Shown one piece after another: positions 39,057 to 51,692 of a DNA stretch of 64,000 nucleotides. How positions within the stretch are numbered: the stretch's first letter is position 1; every line of letters begins with the position of its first letter. Position numbers and translations under genes: made by a program. Under the pieces are notes generated by a model that did not search any database, was not told where the DNA came from, and saw only the letters and a list, made by a program, of their open reading frames with translations. This stretch comes from Candidatus Bathyarchaeota archaeon. Lineage in GTDB: Archaea > Thermoproteota > Bathyarchaeia > Bathyarchaeales > Bathycorpusculaceae. The stretch covers positions 67,768 through 131,767 of the forward strand of contig CAVZKL010000018.1 in the NCBI GenBank assembly GCA_963775895.1, written 5' to 3'.

Positions 39057-42000
39057 ATGTCAGACAGTTTGAACCCAGACGCATTCCTAAGTCAGGCAGT
39101 CGAACGAGAAAAGCAATACGACTGGCTGGAAGCAGCTCAATCTTACAGAAAAGCCCTAGGTCTAGTTCCTAAGTCAGATTTTTCAAGGGCAAGCGAGATT
39201 CATGAACGATTGAGTTATGCCCTGTACCGTTCTGCGTTTCAAACTGAAGACTTGAAAGAGTTCAGGAACAGAATGGCTGAGGCTCTTGCAGATTACGAGG
39301 AAACCAAGAAATCTTGTGAAAAGACAAGCAACGCGGCAAAGGCCCCATGACGCTCAGATGCGACGCCATGATGGCATACGTGAACTATTGGTTGTCTTCA
39401 GATGCTGCGGAAAAGAAGAGGCTACTCGATGAGTGTTGGAAATTGGCAAAAAGCGCCTTGAAAGCCTTTGAGGATGCCGGAGAACGCTCTGGAACATGGA
39501 AAAACGTACAATCAACTCTCAAGTGCAGCTATCATCTTGTTCAACTACGAGTTGACTTTCAAAGAACGCGAAAAGACGATGAAGGAGACAGTGGACCATG
39601 GAAGGCAGGCAATCAAGTCACTTTCCACCTGCGAAGACCCTTCTGAACTTGCAAAGGCCTACGCAAGAACCGTTGTCTGCCTTAATGTCTATGGATACTA
39701 CTTCAAAGACATCGATGAAAGGGAAAGATACTGCCAAGAAGCAAGGGATTACTGGCTGAAAGCCAAGGAGCTTTCTGAAGAAATAGCCCTCATCGAATCG
39801 TTGTACCCAGTTTTCGGAGGTCAAGTTCTGTTCGGTTTGGAAGGCACAGAAGAAACCCTGAAGAATTACGAGAAGGCGCTAGAATATGCGCGAAAAACCA
39901 AAGACAAGTTCTTCATAGGATGCGCACTGGACTGGCTGACCTATCACACTGTCTGGAAAGCATTTGCAATCGAGGACACAGATCAGATACGGCAGCTCGC
40001 CAAAAAAGTTGTCCAATATATTGAGGGTGCAAAACGCACATTCTCTCAGATCTCGTTCACAAGTCCTCGGGACGACCTTGCCTGGATTGAAGCTTTTCCC
40101 GTGGACACCGATATGTGGGATGCTAGCCTGGAGACGGACATGAGGAAGAGGCGGTGATCTGTTGGATCAAAGCCGCCAAGGCTGCGCCAGACTTGATTAG
40201 GCGAGCCGCAGACTCCGGATACGGAGAGGTGCCTACCTATGCGCACAGCATTTTCGGTTCGATTCTTGTCAATTTGGCTAAGATGGAGACGAATCCTGAG
40301 GAGAAGAAAAGTCTGTTGGAACGTGCTTTGGAACACAGAAAAGAAGCGGCTTCAATAACTGAGGAACTCACACCCTATCTGCACTGGAATCGCGGCGCAA
40401 GCCAAGGCGCCCTGTCCACGGATAAAGTCGGACCTTGCCGACCTTGCTGATGAACCCGAAACCAAGAGACGCATGCTCCAAGAGGCCCTGGTGTACAGAG
40501 AGAATGGTTTGGGACTACTTGTTCGAGAATTGACGTTCATGCAAAGAAAAAGTCCAACACCTTCGTCCCTGTTTTCAACTGTGGGAGATGTTCAATCTAA
40601 CTACGGAGACCTCCTGAAGCGACTTTACGTCTTCACTCGCGAGCAGCAAGAGATGAGCAGGGCGATAGAAGCTTTCACGCAAGCGGCAGAATCGTTCCAG
40701 AAGCTTGAACTGAGGAGTCGCATGGCAGAGTGCCATTGGAAGACGGCCGACGCCTATGACACCTTGGGTGAACATCTACAATCGGCTCACAGCTTTGATT
40801 TGGCATCGAAGAATTATGAAAGAGCCGCGGAAAACATGCCTCAGCTCAAGGAACTCTATCAAGATCAGGCGCTCTACATGCAGGCTTGGAGCGAGATTGA
40901 GAAGGCAAGACATCACCATGGCAGACAAGAATACGGTCTTGCCGAGGAACACTTTGAAAAGGCTGCGAACCTGCATAAATCGCTGAAGAAATGGAGCTAT
41001 CTAACGCCAAACTACGCTGCTTGGACACAATTGGAACATGCGGAGGAGTTGAGCAGAAAAGAAAAGAGTGAAGAAGCCCTGCGAGCCTTTGAACAGGCAG
41101 TCGGACTCTTCGAAGAAACGAAGAACTCTTTGAAAACTGAACTCAGCAAGATTGAAGACTCGGACGAAAAACAGATGGCAACGAACATGCTCAAGGCAAC
41201 CGACCTCAGACGCGAATACTGTCTATCCAGGATCGACGTTGAAGAGGCAAGAATTCTCGACAAAAAAGGTGACCACTCCTCCAGCTCACAAAAGTACCGT
41301 TCAGCAGCAGAAACCCTTGAGAAGATAGCATCAGCCATGGAATCAGAACAAGACAAAAAGGAATTCAAACTCATAGCAACCCTTTCACGCGCTTGGGCAA
41401 AAATGACGCAAGCAGAAGCTGAAGAAAACCCTGACCTGTACGCAGAGGCGTCCAAACTTTTCGAGGAAGCCAAAGAACTCAGCCCGAATGAAAAAACCAG
41501 AATACTCGCGTTAGGACACAGCCGCTTCTGCAAAGCACTTGAAGCAGGAACAAAATTCGCAGACACAAGAACCCCAGCACTACACGCTACTGCAATACAG
41601 CAACTAGAGAGCGCAGCCACATATTACGTGAAAGCCGACTTCCAAAACGCCGCAGAATACGCAAAAGCAACAGAACTGCTCCTCGACGCCTATTTGCACA
41701 TGGACAATGCTAAAAAAGAAAACGACCCTGAGAAAAAAGCCAAGCTTTACATGATGACAGAAAAAGTCCTGCAGACGTCAGCCGGCTCCTTCATGAAGGC
41801 TGAACACCCAGAGAAAAGAGAACAAGTGCTAAGACTCTTGGACAAAGTAAAAGAAGAACGGGAACTCGCCGTGTCTCTCAGCGAGGTCTTACACGCACCG
41901 CCAATCGTCTCAACAACCACTGCTTTCACTACTCCTACTCCAACCCAAGAAAACGCGGTGGGCCTAGTAAGGTTCGAAAACGCCGACATACAGGCGAACA

Positions 42001-42374
42001 TATTGATTCGCGAGAAAAACCTGAAAGTCGGCGAAAACCTCGATCTGGAAATAGAACTCGTCAACGCTGGGAAAAGCCCCGCTCTACTGGTCAAGATCAC
42101 CAAGCTGGTCCCAGAAGGTTTTGAACTTGTACAAAAACCCGAAACCTACCGAATTGAAGACAACTACCTGAACCTGAAAGGAAAACGTCTCGACCCCTTG
42201 AAGACAGAAGAACTGAAACTCACCCTCAAAGCGAAAGTTCAGGGCGAATTCTCCCTAACACCGGCAATACTGTACCTCGACGAGAACGGCAAATACAAGT
42301 CCCACACGCCACAACCAATAGACATAACGGTCAAAGAACTCGGCATCAAAGGCTGGCTCAAAGGAGACAAATAG
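39057..42374 (+). CDS. ~1100-aa TPR-like helical-repeat protein with C-terminal Ig-like domain; about 4 frameshifts
   Basis: Five abutting same-strand ORFs with TPR-like repeats (AAQSYRKAL, AIEAFTQAAE); C-terminal LKVGENLDLEIELVNAG beta domain. Confidence 0.7.
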
Positions 42375-42556
42375 CCCACAGACCAGTTTTGCAGAATTCG
42401 CAGTGCCCGCCTAGATATTAACGTAAAATCAGATGACCCACGAAAACCCAGCAAAACCCCGCTTCCTGATAAAACAATGGACCAACACGTGCTTTCACGC
42501 GCGGGCCCCTCCCGTAAGGAGAAGAATAAACCCTAGAAAGAAAAAAAGAGGGGGTG

Positions 42557-45474
42557 TTATTCGCGCATGTTGAAGTAGGCGACACATATGGCTATGTCTT
42601 TCATGTTGACGACGCCGTCGTTGTTCACGTCCGCGTTGGGGTTCCAGTTGGACGAGTCTGGTTTAGTGTTGAACAGCGCTACCGCGTAAGCTATGTCCCA
42701 CATGTTGACGCGACCATCATAGGCACCCGGCGTGGAACCAGAAAAGTCTCCTGGAACGCCGACGTGAACTGAAACGGGACAAGTGTAATTGTTGTCTGCG
42801 TCATCGATCTCCCCTATCAACACGCCAGCGGCGCCCTTCAGAGTGTAGTTTCCGTAGTCGAAACCCGTGGTATCCCAGACCAAGAGTTGGTCTTCCGTAG
42901 TATTTCCCGCCATACCGAAGGATAAAGTGGCGGCCGTGGTCAGGTTTGCGTAGACTTTGACGTTGAGGTTTGCAGATGAACTGCCCTGGTTCTGGGTCGT
43001 CAGCGTCATGTTTCCACCGTAACCTTGTCCAATGATGGTTTTGGCCGTGCCAAGATAGGTCACCGCGACGTCAGGCACGGATACTCCCGTTGCACGCATC
43101 ACCTTAGCGATGTCTTTGTTGTCGACGATTCTGTCACCGTAGACATCGCATCCACCGCAACCATATATTCCCGTCCATTTGGGGTCAGGTGGTTGTCCTG
43201 GAACTGGTGCTTTGGCGTTCAAATGCAATACAATATATGCCAAGTCTTTTAGGTTGACCTTACCGTCCGGAACACCAAGTGTAGAACCTGATATATCGCA
43301 CCATGGATAGTCTGCCTTGAACAGTTGATAGTAGTAGTCAGACGGGTACAGCGGGTCATAGTACCATCCTTTAGCCCAATAATGGGTCCATCTTCTGCCG
43401 CGTGGTTCAGTGATTGGAAAACTCGGACAATCATCGTAGTACATCTGTGCCAGCTGATTGTAAATGGCTTGTCTGGCAGGACCGTCTGGTGTCAACAGCG
43501 CTTGATCTATAAGCAGGTCTTTTTCGTTGCCCCAGCCGTTGTCAGCAGTGTAGCCTTGACCGGACGAGAATGTTCCTTTGCTGTGCATGTAGGGGCGCAA
43601 GAAGTCGTCTGCATCTGAAAAGTCTGCTTTCCAACCCACTGCGTAGATTGGCAGTTCACCTGCTTGTGCAAGGTCCTACATAGTTGGAGCCGATCTCAGC
43701 CACAATTACATTGAAAGGATTGCCAACTCTGCCGTCATAAGTAGCTCAACGTAATGAAGAAGCCCTGTATCATTTGGCAGGCTATCTTTCTCTCGTCGCT
43801 TCCCGAGTTGAAGGCCATGGTCAGAGTGAAACCGCTGTCCCACACGTTCTGGCCGTCGACGACCGCTGCTTTCAATTCAGCTTCGGCAGCGGCTAGGCTC
43901 TCGTAGTAGCCTGGAACGCTGTCGCTGTAATAGTCTGGGTAAAGACCGAGAGCTAGCGGGTTCTTTCGGTAGTCCGATTCACCGTAGAATATTTGTGCAC
44001 TGTACGTTGACCAGTTGAACGAGTACGCGAACGCTTTCCTGCAGTGGGTGTTGTTGAAGAAGTCTGCGTATATGCCATCCGGGAAATGGCCAGTTCCACG
44101 GTAAGGACTTGTGGGATCAACAGGAACTGGAATTGGATTGAGTCTATTGACAGCTCTGGAACAATGTTCTTGATCGTCTCTATATCGGGTGTGCTCGGTT
44201 CTTTTGTTATGGGGTCAAGCAACTCAAACATGTAGGGTCTTGGGACTTCACACGTGTCGATCGCACCTGCTAGGAAGGCAGCTTTCCTCGTGCTCCAATC
44301 TGCAATGTAGTCTATTTCGACCGTGTCGAGATGCTGTTGCGTCCTGTTGCAGGCCAGCCCATCCAGAAGTCTGGGTTTTTCTGGAGAATCACTTTAAGGT
44401 TAACGGGGTCAATCGTTTGCAGATAGTATGGGCCTGATCCGCAGTATGACGTTGGGACTACTTGATCCAGTCCGGCATCCGCCTGTCCTGCGCGTGCCTT
44501 CTTCAAGCTGAGCCCCAGTCCTTGGTTTGCCCAGTCGAGCCACCAGTCTGGGAACGGTCCTCCATATTCTGTCGTGTCGAACAAGTCGCCGTTCCAGCTG
44601 CCTTTGGCGACAAAGTATGCTTTGCATTCGATCGAACCCCACGTGTTGGCAAGACACTGTTTGAACGCGTTATCAGGGAACCGGCAGCCGACATTGATCG
44701 TCAATGTGTTGCCGATAGCGTCGGGCACTATGGCATCGTTTATCAGGTGAGCCAAGTCCATCGCAGTATCGTTACTCCAGTAGGTGTGATCTGAACGGTC
44801 AAGAATCGGTTTATCGAAGGTCCACACTGGTTGACCAGGCACGTCTATGACCATGGCACCTCTGAAGCGAGTACGCCGCGTCAGCTGACACTGAACGTGC
44901 CAGCATGAGCGCCAGTCGAGTCATAGAAGTATATTGTTGGGCTCGTTCGAATGTTAAAAACGTAGGATCCTCTCCACATGCTCAATGTAATGGTTGACGT
45001 GCCGCTGACTGAATCAACGGTCCAAGTGCGCCAAGTGGTTCCATCAGACAAGTAAACGACGTCTCCGTCACCAAAACCATCTCCCAATTCGTCAACCCAA
45101 CCCTTGCAAACGTACGTTGTGGTTCCATCTGTCCACGCCGTATCAGTCAGGTCTGCTCCGACCGCAGACACGTTCGTGACAACCATCGTTATATCCTGTC
45201 TCGTCGGGACATTCGTAGCCAGCGCAGGCACAAAGGCACTGTGCAATTCTCCATTCAAAGCAATCAAACCCTGGTAAGAATTGAATATGAGCTTTCCACT
45301 TGCAGTATCGTAAGCTACAGCTGGGTCAGCATCAACCGGACCCCAACCGCCTTCGCCTTCAAAGAAGTAGTCAGTATAGATCGGTGGCTGTCCAGCAGCG
45401 CGAACAGCAGGTGCAAGCATCGAAATCACCATTGCAAGCGTTGCAAGTATTCCAACAAAACTCAGTTTTCTCAT
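42557..45474 (-). CDS. Family-5 peptide-binding protein with C-terminal CARDB/Ig and dockerin-like motifs; several frameshifts
   Basis: Signal peptide, DPAVAYDTAS, GSGPYYL, GWKADFSDADDF, DGKVNLKD, ADVNNDGVVNMKDI. Confidence 0.75.
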
Positions 45475-45832
45475 GATCTTTCTTCCTCTCTCCAGAACTC
45501 TCTCTCGATAGCTCCGCTAATATAACTTGTGAAACAAAGTTCCGTCCAATCAAAAGTACCAACACAACGTTAACGTTCCCCGTTCACCCAAGAATACCGA
45601 CACTCGTACCATTCCAAATTCACCCATACCAGCACTCGCCATCCCTCCCACACGCCACATGAAACCTCCAGGCATATTTGGATCCTAATATTCACGATAC
45701 ATTGAAACCGAGGAGGGGAGGGTACACAATAAGCTTTTTTTCAGCGAATAAACCCCGCCTCTCGAAAAAGGCAATTCTATTAAACAACCCCGTCACTATC
45801 CATTCCAACACGTCAAGGAAGCTCACGCCCCT

Positions 45833-46753
45833 ATGTCCGCCAAAGTCCTCATCGAAGCAGAGAACCTCACCAAAAAATACGGCAACCTCCTAGCAGTCGA
45901 CGGCATAAACTTCCAAGTCTACCAAGCCGAATGCTGCGGCTTCCTAGGACCCAACGGCGCGGGCAAAACCACCACCATAAGAATGATCCACTGCTTCCTC
46001 CCCATCACATCAGGCAACCTCACCGTCGCCGGCATGAACGTCCAAACAAACGAACGCCAAATCAAACAGCTGATCGGCGTCGCCCCACAAGAAAACAACC
46101 TCGACCCCGACTTCAGCGTCATCCAAAACCTCACCGTCTACGCCCGCTACTACGACATACCCAAAACCCAAGCCACCCAAAAAGCCGACGAACTCCTCAA
46201 ATTCTTCCAACTCGAAGAAAAACGCAACGTCATAATCGACGAACTGTCAACCGGCATGAAAAGACGCCTCATCCTCGCAAGAGCCCTGATCAACGACCCC
46301 AAAATCCTCCTACTCGACGAACCAACAACCGGACTCGACCCCCAAGCCCGCCACCTCATCTGGGACAAAATCCACGACCTCAAAAAACAAGGCACCACCA
46401 TAATCCTGACCACACACTACATGGAAGAAGCCGAGGAACTCTGCGACCGCACACTCATCATGGACGCCGGAAAAATCATCGAACAAGGAACCCCCACACA
46501 ACTCATCCAAAAACACGTCGGCGAAGAAGTCATGGAAGTCGACTACGACGAAAAAACAATGCAAACACTTAAACAAAACTTCCCACAAGCCAGACTCGAA
46601 ACAGTCGGCGAAAGAATACAAGTCTACACCAACCAACCCCACGGCGCCTTCACCCGATTCCTAGAAGACTACCCCCAGAGAAACGCCACCATCCGAACCG
46701 CCAACCTCGAAGACGTGTTCCTCAAACTAACAGGAAGGAAACTGAGAGATTGA
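45833..46753 (+). CDS. ABC-2 exporter ATPase (NodI/DrrA-like)
   Basis: GPNGAGKTT, LSTGMKRRL, LLDEPTTGLDP. Confidence 0.92.
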   Translation: MSAKVLIEAENLTKKYGNLLAVDGINFQVYQAECCGFLGPNGAGKTTTIRMIHCFLPITSGNLTVAGMNVQTNERQIKQLIGVAPQENNLDPDFSVIQNLTVYARYYDIPKTQATQKADELLKFFQLEEKRNVIIDELSTGMKRRLILARALINDPKILLLDEPTTGLDPQARHLIWDKIHDLKKQGTTIILTTHYMEEAEELCDRTLIMDAGKIIEQGTPTQLIQKHVGEEVMEVDYDEKTMQTLKQNFPQARLETVGERIQVYTNQPHGAFTRFLEDYPQRNATIRTANLEDVFLKLTGRKLRD

Positions 46754-47550
46754 ACACACAACAACAAACCCCAAACAACCCCAAACTAACCTACAGACTC
46801 TGGAAAGTCTGGCGCCGCAACTGGGACGTCTTCATGAAAACCTACAAAGTCAACTTCTTCCCACCACTACTGGAACCAATCTTCTACCTCGCCGCCTTCG
46901 GCTTCGGCCTGGGCGGATTCATCGACCCCACAGCCCTCGGAGGGCTCACCTACATCAAATTCATAGCCCCCGCACTCGTCTCAATATCCATCATGTACAG
47001 CTCATTCTTCGAATGCACCTACGGCTCCTTCGTCCGCATGTACTACCAAAAAACCTTCGACGCAATCATCTCCACACCAATAAGCATCGAAGAAGTCATC
47101 GCAGGCGAAATCTTCTGGGGCGCAACACGAAGCCTAATCGGCGGCACAATAGTCCTAGCCGTCGTCGCCGCCTTCGGCCTAATATCCAGCCCCCTCTTCA
47201 TCCTCATCCCACTGATCGCCTTCGCAACAGGACTCATGTTCTCCGCGATAGCAATGTGCTTCACCTCACTAGCCCCCAACATAGACTTCTTCAACTACCC
47301 CCAATTCCTCTTCATACTCCCAATGTTCCTCCTCAGCGGAACCTTCTTCCCCATCACCAGACTCCCCGAATTCATGCAAATCTTCGCACAAGCCATCTTC
47401 CCCCTGACACACACAATCTCCCTGACAAGAGCACTGATGTTCGGAAGCCTAGACCCATCACTCCTACTCAGCCTAGCATGGATCGCCACAGTCACAGCGA
47501 TCTTCTTCGCCCTGGGCATCAGACAGATGAAGAAAAGACTCATCAAATGA
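46750..47550 (+). CDS. ABC-2 exporter permease (NodJ-like)
   Basis: LLEPIFYL, FECTYGSFVRM, LSGTFFP. Confidence 0.9.
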   Translation: MNTQQQTPNNPKLTYRLWKVWRRNWDVFMKTYKVNFFPPLLEPIFYLAAFGFGLGGFIDPTALGGLTYIKFIAPALVSISIMYSSFFECTYGSFVRMYYQKTFDAIISTPISIEEVIAGEIFWGATRSLIGGTIVLAVVAAFGLISSPLFILIPLIAFATGLMFSAIAMCFTSLAPNIDFFNYPQFLFILPMFLLSGTFFPITRLPEFMQIFAQAIFPLTHTISLTRALMFGSLDPSLLLSLAWIATVTAIFFALGIRQMKKRLIK

Positions 47551-47572
47551 CACAACAAGACAGAAAGCCCAA

Positions 47573-48436
47573 CTACGACTCAAACCCCTTAAGCAACCGA
47601 TCCACGTCATTCCCCACATCCTCACCCCTGTAACCACCCTCCAAAACAAAGAACGTAGGCTTCCTCAAACCACCGATCCTCCGCCCTATACCCTCGTAAG
47701 CCCTACCCGACAAACCCAAAGACGCCAAATCCCCAGCATGAGTATCAAACCCCGCCGACACACCAACAACCTCAAACCTCGCCAAATCAAGCATGCCCAA
47801 AGCCTTGTCAAGAGTCTTCAAATACACAACATCCCCACAGTCAGGCGGCAAAGGAAAATTCAGACAATTCCCCTCAGAACGCACGCCTGTCCCAGGAAAG
47901 TTAGGATGACGATGCAACGAAACATAAGTAACCCTCTGATCCCCCAAAAAAATCTCCTGCGTCCCATTCCCATGATGCCCATCAATATCCAAAATCAAAG
48001 TCCGCTTACCAAGATGCTTAACCGCAATAGCAATGTTATTGAAGTAACAAAACCCACGCGTAGACGCCCCCAACGCAATCCCATACGCACCCGCATGATG
48101 CCCAGGCGGACGCATCAAACTGAAACCCTTCACTTCAGCCGCAAGAATCGCCCCACCCGCCGAAAGCTTCGCCAACTCAAAAATGTTATCGTAAGCCGGA
48201 GTATCACCATCCTCAACCAACCCCTTCTTCACCGTCCACACATACTCATGATCGTGCACCTTGAACAAATCCTCCTCCGAAACCGGCTCAGGAACCAAGA
48301 AACCGTAACCCTTCCCCGCCAACATCTCTCGAGCCCTCCGAACCCTCTCAGGTCCTTCCACGTGCCACGACCCGTACCCCAAACATTTCTCCGAGAAGAT
48401 GATCTTGGTCCTCACAGCCGAAAACCCCCACAACAC
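47573..48436 (-). CDS. Histone-deacetylase-family amidohydrolase
   Basis: RPPGHHA, GFCYFNN, DIDGHHGNGTQ, SAGFD, LEGGY. Confidence 0.92.
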   Translation of the reverse strand: MLWGFSAVRTKIIFSEKCLGYGSWHVEGPERVRRAREMLAGKGYGFLVPEPVSEEDLFKVHDHEYVWTVKKGLVEDGDTPAYDNIFELAKLSAGGAILAAEVKGFSLMRPPGHHAGAYGIALGASTRGFCYFNNIAIAVKHLGKRTLILDIDGHHGNGTQEIFLGDQRVTYVSLHRHPNFPGTGVRSEGNCLNFPLPPDCGDVVYLKTLDKALGMLDLARFEVVGVSAGFDTHAGDLASLGLSGRAYEGIGRRIGGLRKPTFFVLEGGYRGEDVGNDVDRLLKGFES

Positions 48437-48509
48437 ACTAACAGTAGATTCTCAAGTTAAAATATTACTTCCTCATAAAACCTTAAAGAACCACGGAGCA
48501 ACGACCACC

Positions 48510-50463
48510 GTGAACATCACCGAAAACCCATTTGCTACCTTCAGAAAACAATGCGAAACCAGCCTAACCTCAGCATTAAAAAAGGTTCTTCCCGAAATCC
48601 AGATCACCGACCTAGCCCTGAAGAAACCGCCCAACCCTGAATTCGGCCAGCTAGCCTCTTCACTATGCTTCGAACTCGCCAAGAAAGTTCAGCAAAAACC
48701 CACAACACTTGCAGAAAACCTGGCCAAAGCCACAGACACTTCAAAATCCACACTCATCCAAAAAGTCTCCTCCGCCGGCGGAGGCTACGTAAACTTCCAA
48801 GTAAACTTCACCAAATTCTCAGCACTGACTCTTGACTCCGCGATGAAACTCGACGCAGAGTTCGGTTTCCTAAAGACCGAGAAACCGTTGAAAATCATAG
48901 TAGAACACACCAGCGCCAACCCGCTTCACCCCATAACAATCGGAACAGCCCGAAACCCAGTGCTCGGCGACACCCTCGCCCGCCTCCTCAAGTCCAGAGG
49001 ACACACGGTCTACCGCCACTTCTACATCGACGACGTGGGCCGACAATCATCAGTCATCGCCTACGGCTACAACAAACTAGGCAAGCCCAAACCCGATGAA
49101 AAACCCGACCAATTCATCGGCAAAATCTACACGATCACCAGCTGCTTCGTCGAAATCAACCGACTCAAAAAAGAGTTAGAGCGAGCCAAAACCCTCGACG
49201 CCGAAAACGAAATCAAAGAATCAACCCGCCAACTAGACGATTGGGTTGCCGTTGCCGCCGAACTCAAAGAAAGATACCCCGAGCTCTTCGAAAAACTGTT
49301 AAAGAAAATCGGCGAAGACGAAAACCCCGAAACCGCCATAAACATCCTCAACCAAGCCTACGAAGCAGGAGACAAGAAAGCAAAACAACTCGTCAGAGCC
49401 GTCAGCGACATGTGCCTGGAAGGGTTCAAACAAACACTTAGCAAAATCGACGTCACAATCGATTCTTGGGATTGGGAAAGCGACCTAACTTGGAGCGGGC
49501 GAGTAGAAGAGGTCCTCAAGAAACTGAAGAATTCACGATACACACACACCGAAGCCGGCGTGCTGGAGTTTGACGCTGAAAAAGCCGTGAGAGACCTCAA
49601 CCTTTGGTCACGACTTAACCTAAAGGAAGAACACGAGATACCATCCTTGACGCTTGTTCGCGCTGACGGAACCACACTCTACACAACGAGAGACGTTGCC
49701 TACACACTAGCTGAAATTCGAAAAAGCCGACAAGGTAATCAACGTCATAGGCATGGAACAGAGTCTAGCTCAACTACAACTCCACATAGCCCTACACGCT
49801 CTAGGCTACACAAAATACGCCGACAACTTGGTTCACTTCGCCTACAACCTAGTCAATTTCCCAGGCTTCAAGATGTCCAGCAGACGGGGAAGATACATCA
49901 CCCTCGACAACGTACTGGACGAAGCTATAAAACGAGCCTACGAAGAGGTTTCGAAGCGCTCCCCACAACTGTCAGAAAAGGAAAAACAAAACATCGCCGA
50001 CTTCGTCGGAAAAGGCGCAGTACGCTACGCGCTGATAGAGGTCGACACTTCGAAACCCGTAGTATTCACTTGGGACCGCGTCCTCAACTTCGAGAAGAAC
50101 AGCGCCCCCTATGTCCAGTACACACACGCAAGAGCCTGCAGCATCCTCCGCAAGGCAAACAAGAAACCAACAAAACCACAATACGAACTATTGAAGGAAA
50201 GGCTTGAACACGAAATAGTGCTCGCGCTCGCCAGTTTCCCAGACGCCTTTATAGAGGCAACAGAATACCTCAAACCCAACCTCATCGCCGACTCAGCAAA
50301 CAACCTCGCCGACAAGTTCAACACATTCTACAACGCATTTCGCGTCATCGGAGCCGAACCTGAAGGCCTGAGTGAAGCAAGACTCGCACTGACCGAATCG
50401 GTCCGAATCACCCTTCGAAACGCCTTGAACCTGATAGGGATTCTGGCTCCCGAAAAGATGTAG
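48510..50463 (+). CDS. argS: Arginyl-tRNA synthetase; frameshift ~49712
   Basis: EHTSANP, LVRADGTTLYTTRD, KMSSRRG, YVQYTHARACSIL, terminal PEKM. Confidence 0.93.
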
Positions 50464-50612
50464 ACGCTTTCCAACTATCACTCTTCCTCAGAACTAGAAA
50501 CGAAGTCTCGAGATATCATCGTGCACGATTTTATCATGGCAATAGGACTGAAAACATCCGGTTTGTCGCACACAGTTTTCATAAAAGAAAATTTGATAAG
50601 CAAGTCAGCCAA

Positions 50613-51692
50613 TTGTCAAGAGAGACCTCAATGAAAGATTCATACTTTAAACGAAAAGTCGAAGCTATAAGAGTTGGCAAGAAGAGTGTTTCAAACCTTC
50701 TTTCCGAAATGGGTAAAACAGCCTACCAAGGGAGAAAACTTGGAGAAGCCGTTGAAGTTTGGGAGGCAATGTTGAAAGAAAAAGAACTCACCATTGTCAT
50801 GGGTTTCGCGGGTTCAATGAGCACCGCGGGCCAATGGAAAATCATCAACTGGCTGATCGAAAACCGCTACATCGACGTCTTGGTCTCCACAGGCGCAAAC
50901 GTTTCAGAGGACATCGTGGAAGCCATGGGCTTCAACTACTGGCAAGGCACACACAACGTTAACGATCAAGAACTTCTCGAAGCAGACGTAAACAGGTACT
51001 ATGATGTTTACGGAAAAGAAACAGATTACCGCGAAATGGAACTCCTTATGACCGAAGGATTGATGACGCTGAAGAAAAACTACCCATACACTTCCGCAGA
51101 AATGCTCTACGTTTTCGGCAAATACCTAAGCAAAAAAGGAGTCAAAAGTATCGCTGCAACAGCCGCCGAAAACAAAGTACCCATCTTCTCACCAGCAATC
51201 GTCGACAGTGCCTACGGCGAAGCGTTTCTCATGGCAAAAAACCAAGGGCATCCAATTGCGTTGGATTCAGTGAAAGAATTCGATCAGTTCATCGGAATAG
51301 GCGAGAGAGCCAAAAACGTCGGCGTCGTCTACATAGGCGGAGGCGTACCGAAAGACCTCACGCAGCTCATAGCGATATCAGTTTCACCAAAAACAAAAGA
51401 CGAAGGAGTCCCCGGAAGAGACGGACACCTGCGCAAAGGCATTAAAGAATACTACTACCCGCACAAATACGCCATCCAAATCACCACGGACTCTCCTCAG
51501 TGGGGAGGCCTGTCTGGCTGCACGCTGGAAGAGGCGATAAGCTGGGGTAAAATCGACGAAAGCGGAAAAAGAGCGGTTGTCTACTGCGACGCAACGATCG
51601 CTCTGCCACTGATCACGCACGCGCTCTGCGAAAGGGTGAAAGTGAAACGAAAAGCTCCAGACATGTCTTGGGTTTTCAGCGGCGTGTCCTAG
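50613..51692 (+). CDS. Deoxyhypusine-synthase-like protein (paralogue)
   Basis: STGANV, GGGVPKD, WGGLSGCTLEEAISWGK, DATIALP. Confidence 0.88.
   Translation: MSRETSMKDSYFKRKVEAIRVGKKSVSNLLSEMGKTAYQGRKLGEAVEVWEAMLKEKELTIVMGFAGSMSTAGQWKIINWLIENRYIDVLVSTGANVSEDIVEAMGFNYWQGTHNVNDQELLEADVNRYYDVYGKETDYREMELLMTEGLMTLKKNYPYTSAEMLYVFGKYLSKKGVKSIAATAAENKVPIFSPAIVDSAYGEAFLMAKNQGHPIALDSVKEFDQFIGIGERAKNVGVVYIGGGVPKDLTQLIAISVSPKTKDEGVPGRDGHLRKGIKEYYYPHKYAIQITTDSPQWGGLSGCTLEEAISWGKIDESGKRAVVYCDATIALPLITHALCERVKVKRKAPDMSWVFSGVS

Noticed and set aside
45919-48460. Long overlapping or antisense ORFs rich in R/H/P/T (also 35888-36553 and 37766-38395)
   Set aside because: By-products of extreme strand skew removing stop codons in alternative frames; no motifs
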